Counted from the first letter of the stretch, positions 1 to 9,805 are shown. The stretch is DNA of 64,000 bases from an uncultured Spirochaetota bacterium (GCA_963845535.1 CAWJSK010000016.1:1-64000); one strand, 5' to 3'. Numbers and translations are program-made. Notes: generated from the sequence alone by a model not told the origin.

Positions 1-307
1 CCCAATTGTAACTCCCTGCGTTGCAGGGAGATAGGAAGCTACCCGAAAACGGGCGCTTCAATGTATGTTCAACTCACTCTTCAGGCTCGCGAAGAACGTC
101 TCGGCACACGCGTTGTCCCAGCAATTCACCCTTGCGGCTTATGCTCTGTCCCATGATCTCGCAAATGACGACGAAACGCCGGAGTCTTATCCCGCGATCC
201 CCGCGGACCTCGGAAATAGGCCGCTGCGCGGTGCTGCCGCCACGAGCAGAACGGTGGACGGATTTCTCTTGGCGCTCCTTTCGCCGCGTACGTACATTTC
301 CACCATC

Positions 308-820
308 ATGAAACTGACAGAATTGTTCATCGCCCAGCTTGAGCGCGAAACGGCCATCTCTCGCCGAGTGCTCGCGCGCGTTCCCGAAGGACAACCGGAC
401 TGGAAGCCGCACGAGAAGTCGATGCCGCTGGGATACCTGGCTACGCTTGTGGCCACCATGCCAGGCTGGATCGCCATGACAGTGCTTCAAGACTCGCTGG
501 ACCTGAACCCCGCCGGCGGAGCCACCTACCGCCCTCCCCAGTGGAAGACCACGGCAGATCTGACGCAGAACCTTGAGCAGGCGGCGGCCCAGGCGCGCGA
601 GGCTCTGGCAGGCACCACGGACGAGCACCTGCTGACCACGTGGCGCCTCATGGAAGCTGGCCGCACCCTCGACGAGAGCCCTCGGCACGTGGTCATCTCT
701 GATACCTTTACTCACATCGGGCACCATCGCGGTCAACTCACCGTGTACCTGCGGCTCAACAATGTGGCCGTGCCGTCCGTCTACGGACCGACCGCCGACG
801 AGGGGACGTGGAATCCTTAA
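308..820 (+). CDS. DinB family protein
   Basis: MKLTELFIAQLERE...WKPHEKSM...HIGHHRGQLTVYLRL, typical DinB/DUF664 His motifs; ATG at 308 preferred over ORF-track start 65. Confidence 0.85.
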   Translation: MKLTELFIAQLERETAISRRVLARVPEGQPDWKPHEKSMPLGYLATLVATMPGWIAMTVLQDSLDLNPAGGATYRPPQWKTTADLTQNLEQAAAQAREALAGTTDEHLLTTWRLMEAGRTLDESPRHVVISDTFTHIGHHRGQLTVYLRLNNVAVPSVYGPTADEGTWNP

Positions 821-1225
821 AAACCCTGCGCTCGCCCTGCGCTGAGGTGCGATCCGCACGGGGTCTGCCGTGTCATTCTACCAGGAGAAAAAGCGCCGTT
901 ACCGACAATACACTCTTGTCAGATTCGCTCTCAAGCGACAGGACAAATTGACTGCCCAACAGCCCGACAAATAACGCCCGTAGTGGTCCTCGTCAGGGAT
1001 CTGTAGAGCTCGAACAGCTCAGGGAGTTGTTTGGTGTGGTGAGGTTTCCAACCATCACTCGCTCCAGAGCTTGGCTTGGAGGCGCCTGAAAGGCCGTAGA
1101 AATTGCCATGGCTTCAAAGCCAAGCCTATGACTCTCACCTAAGAATGAGCGGAAGGCCTGCACTTGTCGAGCTGCGCAGCGTACTAAAATTGGACGGGCA
1201 GCCCTTCAACGGTTACACTCATCTC

Positions 1226-1606
1226 ATGACGAATCGGGCAATCGGAACTTTCGAGGTGAAAATCGCACCGGAGTCTTCCGACGAGTTTATCGCCAGGATG
1301 TCCATCGACAAGACATTCAAGGGCGACTTGGCTGCCACCAGCAAAGGCCAGATGCTGAGCTTCAGCACCGAGGTCCAGGGCTCTGCAGGGTATGTCGCGA
1401 TGGAGCGCGTCAGCGGGACGCTGGACGGCCGGCACGGGTCTTTCGTCCTCCAGCACACGGGGACGATGAGCCGCGGCGTGCCGCAGCTGACAGTCAGCGT
1501 CGTGCCGGACTCGGGCACAGGTGACCTCCTCGGGCTCAGCGGCTCGCTGAAGATCATTATTGAAAACGGAAAGCATTCCTATGAGCTCGAGTACTCCCTG
1601 CCATGA
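1226..1606 (+). CDS. DUF3224 family protein
   Basis: GTFEVK...KTFKGDL...GSAGYVAMERVSGTLDGRHGSFVLQH...VVPDSGTGDLLGLSG; ATG 1226 lies 6 nt after TACACT. Confidence 0.85.
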   Translation: MTNRAIGTFEVKIAPESSDEFIARMSIDKTFKGDLAATSKGQMLSFSTEVQGSAGYVAMERVSGTLDGRHGSFVLQHTGTMSRGVPQLTVSVVPDSGTGDLLGLSGSLKIIIENGKHSYELEYSLP

Positions 1607-1712
1607 GCAGCACCCCCTCAATCTAGAAGGAACTGAGACAGGTCGGCGGGAAGCAGATGAATATCTGCGGGCAGCGAGGATGCCCAAGGGGAAGGCCAAA
1701 AGGCATCGGAGT

Positions 1713-2666
1713 TCAGGCGATGTCGGCGATACGGCCCGCCTCCTGCGCCAGTCTCCGCAGCGCCTCCCTCAGCTCTGTCGGCTCTTTCACCACGAACGGC
1801 ACACGCAAACCCATGAGGCAGCGCGCCCCGTAGTCGAGGTCGTCCGTCGGCCACTCGAAAGCCACGCCGCCATCCACTTTCGTAAAGGTTCCATAGGAAG
1901 CCGGCACTCGCTTCCGAATCCGTGATAGCTCGACGTCGAAGACCACCCTGATCCGCCACTTGGCCCGAGTGTTTTCCAGGTACTCGATGGCGTACGCGCG
2001 AAAATCGAACTCCTCGTTCTTGTGGAAGCGCTCCTCGAGAGGGTGGGCCTTTCTCATCCTGTCCAGGCGAAATGTACGGTAGTCCTTTCGCAGGCGGCAG
2101 TATCCGACAAGGTACCACCTGCCCCGCCTGCCGACCAGACCATATGGCTCCACCACCCTGCGGCTGAGCTCATCGCTCTCAGACCGATAGGTGATCTTCA
2201 CGCATTGCCGTGCCTGGATAGACTCGCTCAGGAGAATGAGCAGGGAGGCGTCAGGTGGGGCTTCCTCCCGGTAGGGAGAGAGAATCACCAGCGAGGAAAT
2301 GGCCCGCACCCTATCCCGCGCGCCCTGGGGCAGCACCCGCGTGATCTTGGAGAGCGCTCCTTCCACCACTGCCTGGGATTGCCCAATTTCCAGCCATGAG
2401 CTCCCCAGCAGCCCAAGCACGATGGCAGCGGCCTCTTCCTCGCTGAAGATGAGAGGCGGCAGCTTGTAGCCGGCCCGCAGACGATAGCCGCCGAAACGGC
2501 CCGGCATCCCTTCGACCGGTATTCCCACGTCCTGCAATTTTGCGATGTAGCGGCGTACCGTGCGGACGTCCGTTTCCAGGCGTGCGGCAAGCGCCGGCCC
2601 AGTGAGCCCCGGCCGCGATTGCAGGAGCTCGAGAACCGTCAAGACGCGTCCCGTCGGGTGGTACAT
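1713..2666 (-). CDS. YafY-family HTH-WYL transcriptional regulator
   Basis: N-terminal HTH (RTVRRYIAKLQDVG..GGYRL) and WYL domain (RRVVEPYGLV..RWYLVGYC..RTFRLDR). Confidence 0.92.
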   Translation of the reverse strand: MYHPTGRVLTVLELLQSRPGLTGPALAARLETDVRTVRRYIAKLQDVGIPVEGMPGRFGGYRLRAGYKLPPLIFSEEEAAAIVLGLLGSSWLEIGQSQAVVEGALSKITRVLPQGARDRVRAISSLVILSPYREEAPPDASLLILLSESIQARQCVKITYRSESDELSRRVVEPYGLVGRRGRWYLVGYCRLRKDYRTFRLDRMRKAHPLEERFHKNEEFDFRAYAIEYLENTRAKWRIRVVFDVELSRIRKRVPASYGTFTKVDGGVAFEWPTDDLDYGARCLMGLRVPFVVKEPTELREALRRLAQEAGRIADIA

Positions 2667-2690
2667 ATCAAGAGCCTCCAACAAAAAATA

Positions 2691-2715
2691 AAAGAGGACA
2701 GATTTCGTCCTCTTT
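2691..2715. promoter_or_regulatory. Palindromic operator, probably bound by the adjacent WYL regulator
   Basis: AAAGAGGAC-agatttc-GTCCTCTTT, perfect 9-bp arms in the divergent intergenic gap; TATCAT -10-like box just downstream on +. Confidence 0.7.
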
Positions 2716-2738
2716 CAACAGTATCATTTTAGCAGACG

Positions 2739-2880
2739 ATGGTCGAGAAGGAGGAGGCCATGGTAGAAAAGCCTTCAACGCCAGTTCCAACTGGCTATCA
2801 TACTGTGACGCCTTGGATTGTCGCTCAGCGAGCCGGCGAGCTCGTTTCCTTTATCGAAAGAGTGTTCGGGGGCAAGCCTA
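2739..2880 (+). pseudogene. N-terminal remnant of a VOC/glyoxalase (PhnB-like) protein
   Basis: PVPTGYHTVTPWIVAQRAGELVSFIERVFGGK is the usual VOC N-terminus; similarity stops after about 45 codons; SD GGAGG before ATG 2760. Confidence 0.7.
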
Positions 2881-2965
2881 TGTCGAGTCTCCGTGGGGGC
2901 CTGTCCAGGCGCGTAGACCCTTTGGATAGCTCGTGCACTTGTAACCAGGAGAGGAGAAAAGACTC

Positions 2966-3766
2966 ATGTCGCTCATCATCACTCAAGACGGAATACATCT
3001 GTGGTACGAAGAAGTAGGGCAAGGGGAACCGCTCTTGCTTGTCAGCGGACAAGGGGCTGATCACACCTATTGGGACGGAATTCGCGACGATTTCGCCGAC
3101 CACTATCGCGTCTTGGTGTACGACAATCGAGGAACGGGGCAAAGCGATAAGCCGAACGCTCCTCCCTATTCTACACGTGGGTTTGCTCGAGACGCCATCG
3201 CGCTGCTTGATCAGCTTGGCATAGCCCGTGCCCACGTGTATGGCCACTCGATGGGCGGGCGGATCAGCCAGTGGTTGGGCGTCGATTACGGGCAGCGTCT
3301 CGGAGCACTTGTGCTTGGTGCCAGCACGCCCGGCAACGCTCACGGCGTTGCTCGCGCTGTGGAGGTGAATGCGCTGTTGAGCCATGTTCCGACCGATCCA
3401 CAAGAGGCGCTGAAAGCACTCGGGTCCTTGATTGTGACGCCCGCATGGCTTGAGACACACCCAGAAAGCATCAAACAGATGTCGCAGGCCGCTCGAATCC
3501 CACAGTACGTACAACGGCTGCATTATCAAGCTAGCGAAGGGCACGACTCGTGGGCCCTCTTGCCTACGATTGGTACGCCGACCCTGATCATTCACGGCTC
3601 TGATGATGAGTTGAACCCGGTCGCCAATGCGTTACTGCTCACGCAAAGGATTCCTGACGCTGAGCTTCACATTATCAAAGGCGGACGGCATGCTTACATG
3701 CTTGATTTTCGCGAGGAGTCTCGTCGAGTCGTGAATTCGTTTCTCGCGCGTCACCACGTGTCATAG
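2966..3766 (+). CDS. Alpha/beta fold hydrolase
   Basis: YDNRGTG, nucleophile elbow GHSMGG, HGSDD and catalytic His in GGRH; SD GGAGAGGAG. Confidence 0.9.
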   Translation: MSLIITQDGIHLWYEEVGQGEPLLLVSGQGADHTYWDGIRDDFADHYRVLVYDNRGTGQSDKPNAPPYSTRGFARDAIALLDQLGIARAHVYGHSMGGRISQWLGVDYGQRLGALVLGASTPGNAHGVARAVEVNALLSHVPTDPQEALKALGSLIVTPAWLETHPESIKQMSQAARIPQYVQRLHYQASEGHDSWALLPTIGTPTLIIHGSDDELNPVANALLLTQRIPDAELHIIKGGRHAYMLDFREESRRVVNSFLARHHVS

Positions 3767-3960
3767 GCTGCCGCGTTCCTCGCTGCAAAGCCGCGGGCTC
3801 ACATTAGTTTCATGGGAAGGGCCTCTAGTACAGCCTGCCACGGAAGCCTGCCATCCCACCCACGGTTGCTTCTCTTCGCACGATGATAATCGCTCTCGTG
3901 CTGGCCGCCTAGTACGCGTCAAGCGCCGCAAGGGCATAGCGCCCAACCCGAAGGCTTCGC

Positions 3961-5349
3961 CTATCCCAACGGGGCGGCCAACACTCCTCCAAACAGCAGA
4001 TTGGCCAGTACGAAGCCGAGCACGAGGTTCACGAGCACTACAACCGTAAAGGCGATGATCGGCTTCGCGCCCAGCGCGCCCATATCGGCGAGGCGGGTAT
4101 TCAATCCGATGCACAGGAATGCCAGCGTGAACAACCACGTGCGGAACGTCGTGAGCACGGCGATGAGGTGCGCATCGATCTGCGGCTTCCCCAGGCGGCT
4201 CACGAGATACGTCACGAAAAGTGAGGCCACCAGGAACGCCAGCACGAACTTCGGGAAGCGCTCCCAGATGATGCGCGCGTCAGGCCTTCCTCCCGTCGGT
4301 GACACTCCCGACGTACCGACGGGAGCGGAGCGGTCCCAGCGAGTCACCGCGGCCGACGCAAAAATGAAGGCGAGCACGCCGATCAGGACATCACGGTTGA
4401 GCTTGACCAGGGAGAACGCATTCACGGCCTTGTCTCCCACCAGGGTGGCAGCGGCAAGACCTGCCGAATCGGCAAGCTCCGAGCCCCCGATCCAAGCGCC
4501 GGTGACCACCTGGGTGAGCTGAAGAACCTTGCCCAGGACCGGCAGCAGGAAGATCAGAGCCAGGGCGTACAGCACCACGAGCGACACGACGTAGCCCACT
4601 TTCTTCTCGTCGGCCTTGACGCTGGCACCAACGGCGATTGCGGCTGACACGCCGCAGACGGAGCTCCCTGCCCCCAGCACCGCCGCAAACCTGTTGTCGA
4701 ACCCGAACGCCTTGGAGATGAGGAACGCCACGGTGAAGCCGGCAGCGATGATCACCGCAGCCTCCACGAACCCCCAGAGCCCGCCCTGGATGATGATCGT
4801 GAACGGCAGGCTGGCCCCCAGGAGGACGATGCCGGTCTTGATGAAGAGCTCTGTGCGCCGGGAGCCTACGGTGAACCACTCCGGAAGCTTGAACAGGTTG
4901 CCGACGATCAACCCGATCACGAGCGCCCAGAACGGGTACTCCAGCCCGTAGATCTTGAAGATCTGCTGGCTTCCCAGGACGAGGATGAGAAACCCGGCGA
5001 GGAACAGCAGCGTGAACGATGCAAGGTAATGGCCAAGGCGGCCGCCCATCGCTTTCACTCCGATCCCCGTCATGACAGCAAGGACGAGGTAGACCGCCGC
5101 GTAGGAAGCCCAGTTCGCCGCTATCCCCGCGAAAAGCGGCTTGGCCGGCCATGGCGCTGGCACCGAGGCCTTGATGAAGTCGAAGGACACACCGGCCAGA
5201 AGGCCGATTGCGGCAACGACGACCAGGATCAATCCAAAATAGACGGACCACCAATCCTCGCTCGTCAGGAACCAGCTGCGCGTGGCGGCCGCCGTGTGCT
5301 CCCCGGGTTTGTTCCTGACCTTCTGCGCGGAACTGCGTTCGATTTGCAC
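3961..5349 (-). CDS. YeiH/UPF0324 family membrane protein (putative sulfate exporter family)
   Basis: Polytopic; GSSVCGVSAAIA, VKLNRDVLIG and RFPKFVLAF motifs; GTG start after AGGAGG; TTGACT-N17-AATAAT upstream. Confidence 0.85.
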   Translation of the reverse strand: MQIERSSAQKVRNKPGEHTAAATRSWFLTSEDWWSVYFGLILVVVAAIGLLAGVSFDFIKASVPAPWPAKPLFAGIAANWASYAAVYLVLAVMTGIGVKAMGGRLGHYLASFTLLFLAGFLILVLGSQQIFKIYGLEYPFWALVIGLIVGNLFKLPEWFTVGSRRTELFIKTGIVLLGASLPFTIIIQGGLWGFVEAAVIIAAGFTVAFLISKAFGFDNRFAAVLGAGSSVCGVSAAIAVGASVKADEKKVGYVVSLVVLYALALIFLLPVLGKVLQLTQVVTGAWIGGSELADSAGLAAATLVGDKAVNAFSLVKLNRDVLIGVLAFIFASAAVTRWDRSAPVGTSGVSPTGGRPDARIIWERFPKFVLAFLVASLFVTYLVSRLGKPQIDAHLIAVLTTFRTWLFTLAFLCIGLNTRLADMGALGAKPIIAFTVVVLVNLVLGFVLANLLFGGVLAAPLG

Positions 5350-5611
5350 GGCTGATCCCCTCCTTGCACCGCGATTATTTTCAGCGGCCAGGAGTGAGTC
5401 AAGTGGAGCAGCAGTTTTTGCAGGCTTTCGAGGGCAGCCGCCATTGTCCGGCGGCTGGAAATGCACTCGGGGCCGAACGGATGAACGAACGATCCGGTCC
5501 GTTGCCCGTTACCGGAAGGTGAGGCGCTTTCTCTCTTTTCGAAGCCGCTTTCCAAACTCCTGCCTGACGACATTCGGGAAACGCTGCCACCCAGTTGCAA
5601 GTCTCCACCGA

Positions 5612-5750
5612 GCGGCCTGGGTCACTTTTCGCGTCCTTCGCAGCTCCTGCAGCGTCATCTCCTCAGCAATAAGCTGTACAGCTCTCGATCTTCGACCTTC
5701 TTCCTTCGTGAAGCGCTGAGACCCCTTATCTTCTGATCCAAGCTGCTCAT
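5612..5750 (-). pseudogene. Frameshifted, truncated XRE-family HTH (antitoxin-type) gene
   Basis: Joined frames read MSSLDQKIRGLSASRRKKVEDR/AVQLIAEEMTLQELRRTRKVTQA; frameshift in GAGAG near 5682-5686; breaks off inside the HTH. Confidence 0.7.
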
Positions 5751-5917
5751 GGCTCTCTTTTCCTTCCAGCCTTCAGCCTAGCCAAGTGTGCGGCATATCT
5801 CCTGTCGGCTATCGCAATCAGCCCGCGATAGAAGCGGGCTTCGCCCACGCCAGATTTGTCACCGCCACGTAGAAGAATCGCCCTCTTTGCTTGGCAGTTA
5901 GGGGTCGCGGCTCTGTA

Positions 5918-5946
5918 TTGACATTAGGCACACAACGCAATACCTT
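5918..5946 (+). promoter_or_regulatory. Sigma70 promoter of the toxin-antitoxin operon
   Basis: TTGACA-N17-TACCTT ending 5 nt before ATG 5952; no SD. Confidence 0.7.
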
Positions 5947-5951
5947 GATCC

Positions 5952-6242
5952 ATGATCTTCGACTGGAGCGAGGAGAAGAATGAGAAGCTACGAAGAGACA
6001 GGGATATTTCATTTGAAGAAATCGTTGTCGCCATCGAAGAGGGACAGATGCTCGATATCTTAGAGCATCCAAATCCTTCGAGATACGAAGGCCAACAGCT
6101 CTACATAGTCTCAATTGACGACTATGCTTGGGTCGTTCCCTTTGTTGACAGAGGGGACATTCGATTCCTTAAGACAGCATTTCCCAGCCGGAAACTTACA
6201 AAGCGCTATCTCCATGATCAAGAAAAGGAGAGAGGATTATGA
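5952..6242 (+). CDS. BrnT-like (RelE-fold) type II toxin
   Basis: MIFDWSEEKNEKL..RDISFEEIV..HPN..YAWVVPFV..FLKTAFPSRKLTKRYL; ATGA overlap with next gene. Confidence 0.85.
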   Translation: MIFDWSEEKNEKLRRDRDISFEEIVVAIEEGQMLDILEHPNPSRYEGQQLYIVSIDDYAWVVPFVDRGDIRFLKTAFPSRKLTKRYLHDQEKERGL

Positions 6243-6856
6243 AGCTATACAAAGACGAGGAAGAACTTCGCAAAAGCATCGAAAACGAGGAATGGAGATC
6301 GATCACCAATCTCGAAAAGGAGATGGACAGAGCGCGCGCGATCGCCAGGGCAACCGGGACGAAAGACGAGCGGATGAACATCCGCATGAATCGACGCGAC
6401 ATGATGGCACTCAAGACTCGTGCGCTGGAGCGGGGAGTTCCCTATCAAACTCTTGTTTCGAGCATTCTTCGTCGTTGGCTTAGAGGGGAATCTGTAATCG
6501 GAAAAAGATTGATTCCTCTCAACTCGCTTTTTGACGAGCATGAGCTGATGCGTCTCGCCCCGATACTGAAAAAGTACTTGGGACGTCCTGGAAAGAAAGG
6601 TGTTCTCATGGTCTCTACCGGCGGTGCTTTTCGACGGCAGCCTTCGGCGAACGATTCTTTGCTTGATCAACTCGCGTCCGGTGACTCTGCAGCCCTCTCG
6701 AAGATCGAGCTAACCGCCCAGGACGCCGCGGCGCTTTTCGAGCGACTCAACAGAATTCGGGGAAAACAAGACCTTCCTGACTCCGATCGTCAGCTCCTTT
6801 CGACAGCACTGCAGCAATTGACTGAGGTTGTTGTTACATCAAGAGCAGTCATTTAA
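6239..6856 (+). CDS. CopG/RHH-type antitoxin with long C-terminal extension
   Basis: First ~84 aa match the cognate antitoxin pattern (KDERMNIRM..LKTRALERGVPYQTLVSSIL); ~120 extra aa unrecognised. Confidence 0.75.
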   Translation: MKLYKDEEELRKSIENEEWRSITNLEKEMDRARAIARATGTKDERMNIRMNRRDMMALKTRALERGVPYQTLVSSILRRWLRGESVIGKRLIPLNSLFDEHELMRLAPILKKYLGRPGKKGVLMVSTGGAFRRQPSANDSLLDQLASGDSAALSKIELTAQDAAALFERLNRIRGKQDLPDSDRQLLSTALQQLTEVVVTSRAVI

Positions 6857-6939
6857 TCCAGGATCCTTTTTGGCGTAAGAGAGTAGACAAGAAAGCCGTT
6901 ATCAGTAGATCCTCCGTTGCCTTCAAAGCCAAGGGTTGT

Positions 6940-7367
6940 GAATACTTCATATCGTCTGCGTACTCAACCAAGGTATTCACGACCTCTCCCGTCGACCCAA
7001 ATGACCTTGAGCTGATTTTGCAATGTGGCGTGCGAGCTCCCAGTGCAAGGAACAGCCAGCCATGGCATTTCACGGTGATCGAGTACTTGCAGACCATGAC
7101 AAGGATCATTCCCGATACGCTTAAAGGGAACATCCTTATAGTGCGACCGAGAACATGTGCCTGGCCGCCCAATCCCTGGGCCTGGGTTCTCATATCTATA
7201 CGGGGCCAATTGCGAATATCAATGCGAAACTTAAGGACTCTGTCGGAATTCCGGCTGGCTATCTCGGCGTCGCAATCCTAAAGATCGGCGGCACAGCACA
7301 AAAGGCTGACGCCATGTCTTCGGCCTCGGTACGAAAGGCTGATTCAGAGATCATCACTTACCGATAG
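6940..7367 (+). pseudogene. Nitroreductase family pseudogene
   Basis: Frame 1: AYSTKVFT..LELILQCGVRAPSARNSQPWHFTVI; other frame: ATENMCLAAQSLGLGSHIY; internal deletion/frameshift near 7143, no clear start. Confidence 0.75.
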
Positions 7368-7406
7368 ACACTTGGCGAAGTAGATCCCCCCATTACCGGC
7401 ACCTCG

Positions 7407-8051
7407 CTACTGCTTGCACCCGATGGCGCAGACCCAGCCTTTCTTTTCCTCCTTGAACACTTGGATCCTCCCCAATCCTGCTCTTGAGAGCGCCTCGCCC
7501 AGCTCCTCGGCGCTAAGGTAGTTTATTTTGCCTTCTCGAATCGCCAACCGAAGGATCTGCTGGAATCGTTTGTCATGTGATCCTCCCTTGTACGCCTCTG
7601 CGATGATTGCAAGCTGCCCTCCAGGCTTCAGCACTCGCGCAATCTCGCGCATGTCTGTCACCAAATCAGGCCAGAAATAGTAGGTCTCGACTGCGGTAAC
7701 GAAGTCAAAGAAGTTATCGCCGAAGGACAGTCTCGACACCGTCCCGTGGACGATCTCCACGCGACCCGATCCGATCAGTTGCCCGTTTGTCTGGCGGGAT
7801 ATCTCGACGCTCGCATCGGAAGGGTCGATTCCGAAGACTTTGCCTTCTGCGGTCATCCCGGCAAGCTTTTGGACTGTTCTCCCTCCGCCGCAGCCGACAT
7901 CCAAGACCTTGGCGCCGTTGCCGACGGAAACGTGTGTAAGAGCCCAATCCGTCATTCTGGAATGCTCAGCGTTCATGAACCGCGCCATCCAGCGACCCAG
8001 GTGACCAGTAGGATTTCTCGCTTGCTCCAGAAGTTTGGTGATGATGTTCAC
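7407..8051 (-). CDS. Class I SAM-dependent methyltransferase
   Basis: VLDVGCGGG motif I, FDFVTAVETYYFW, RVLKPGG. Confidence 0.9.
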   Translation of the reverse strand: MNIITKLLEQARNPTGHLGRWMARFMNAEHSRMTDWALTHVSVGNGAKVLDVGCGGGRTVQKLAGMTAEGKVFGIDPSDASVEISRQTNGQLIGSGRVEIVHGTVSRLSFGDNFFDFVTAVETYYFWPDLVTDMREIARVLKPGGQLAIIAEAYKGGSHDKRFQQILRLAIREGKINYLSAEELGEALSRAGLGRIQVFKEEKKGWVCAIGCKQ

Positions 8052-8186
8052 TCTGAGCGCCTCCGTCGCGCGGCCGTCAAGTCAATCACGAAATCGCCAT
8101 TCGAATGGACTGTATACCGGACATACGGATTGATCCTTCCCTACCCCAAATTCCCAGCGCGTACTTGTTGTTCATGCGCCAGGCAG

Positions 8187-8536
8187 TCACTGGTCGAGAG
8201 ACTTTAGCATGAACATCTCCAGATAGCGGATCAGAGGACTCTTTTTGGTAATCCTCATCAGGCCCTTGCTTGCCGAGAGTTGTTCCGCGAGCGCATGGAG
8301 CCTGTTCATGTCTGGCGGTTTCATCTGGAAGCTGTGCCGCAGGGGCCGCATGTAGTCTCGCACGAGGGCATTCACATCTTCAACGAGATTGTGCTTCCCC
8401 TGCGTGTCAAACAAGGATTCCACCTCTCTGTCAGTTCCTCGAGCATTCCATCGAGAGATTTCCCCGCTGGCACCGTTTGGGCTATGAGTGACTGGATCGT
8501 CTTGCGATAGCGAAGAAAGTTCTTGTCCGGAATCAT
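8187..8536 (-). pseudogene. Frameshifted fragment resembling the C-terminus of a spirochaete hypothetical protein
   Basis: Joined frames: KSLDGMLEELTERWNP/LFDTQGKHNLVEDVNALVRDY..PLIRYLEMFMLKSL; one base missing near 8415; family recalled from memory only. Confidence 0.4.
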
Positions 8537-9805
8537 CTTCTCACCCCGAAGGTGGCAAAAACGCCACGACCTGCAAGTCTCGTGGTATCGCCAAGAATGG
8601 TTAAGATATCACAAAACCAAGAACTGCGAAGGCAGTAGACATTCTCTGCATGATTGTGAGCACGGAGACCTTCTGGTTTCAAAAACTCGCCCTCGTCCTT
8701 CCAGGGAAGTGATAGCCCGGGCGGACTGCGAGAGAGCACGGCCGTGTTGGCCAGGGCGCTTCCGCACGGCCAGCTCGCAGCATTTATTAAGCTAAGGGAG
8801 CTCCGGAGTAAGGGGTAGATGGCCTCAGCCACGCACCCGCTCAATAATTTATTGCTCAAGTAGACGAAAAACCTCGTTATGGGCAGCGGAGGCGAGCGAA
8901 AGCAGAACGAAGCCTATTCCGCTAAACAGGTCTCGGTGTCACCCTGAGTGTCACCTTCAAAAGATGCAAATGGAGCAACTTCGGTGATTTCCTGACCACA
9001 GACGTCAACTCTCTCCTTGGCAGTGCGACTTTTACTGGATAGTGGGCGTCGTACTCCCGCCAAGATTGAGCCACCGTATCATGCGGCGTATAAGTCTTCT
9101 TTCCCCGTTCGAGGCCAAAGCATGAGTCGTTTGAAGCCTCTCAATAAGAGCCTGCCGAAAGTCCGGTTTGGGGTTCTGCCTGATCTTGTCCACCTTCAAC
9201 AGTCTCTCTCGCGACGGTTGCCTTACCATGCTCAAGAAGATACTTCTCTAGGGCGACGCCATCCAAATAGGACAAAGAGAACCAGCGCCAGGCACCAGAG
9301 CGCCCCCGGTCTTGATGGCAGTCCCCCATTATGTGCAGAAAACTCGGCGTACGCCAACCACGCACATCTGGAAGACCCCAAAAATTACCGCTATCGCTTT
9401 GTCTGTCCTCGTGAAGTCCGCTTATTCTTGGGCGCTGGCTTGAGAGTTGTTTTGCTAGCAGCCCGCTTCTTTACTCCGTAAGTCTTCGAGGACAGTCCCC
9501 TTGTACCCTTACCCGTCTTTTTAATCGCGGCATGCATTGCCATGCGAAGGATGCTGTTGAGTCGGCTTTGGTAGAGACTCTCGCCCCCGTCGGAGTAGAC
9601 GAGGTACGGCGTGCCCGATGGAGCAGCGTCATCACCGAAACCGCTTGCCCAGCGGATCCCCAGTTCCGCCAACCCAGCCCTGGTCTACCTGGCAAGCCTC
9701 AAGCTCTCAGGACGCGCTGTTATGGCAGGATCGCTGGACATCGTGTGCACGCAAGCTCGGAGCCAAGGACCAAAGCGGACACTCCCAAGTGATCCGTGAT
9801 TTCGG

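Noticed and set aside
12..30. Perfect hairpin CTCCCTGC-gtt-GCAGGGAG at the window edge
   Set aside because: Too short and lacks upstream context; no tRNA or att core visible.
65..307. Long N-terminal extension of the DinB ORF
   Set aside because: DinB similarity starts at Met 308; the upstream frame is likely open by chance in GC-rich DNA.
5350..5610. Possible riboswitch upstream of the YeiH-like transporter
   Set aside because: No recognisable aptamer consensus; a TTGACT-N17-AATAAT promoter lies close to the start, leaving a short leader.
9391..9672. Lys-rich, histone-like 93-aa ORF
   Set aside because: No clear start signal or family motif; may be a gene fragment but cannot be supported.
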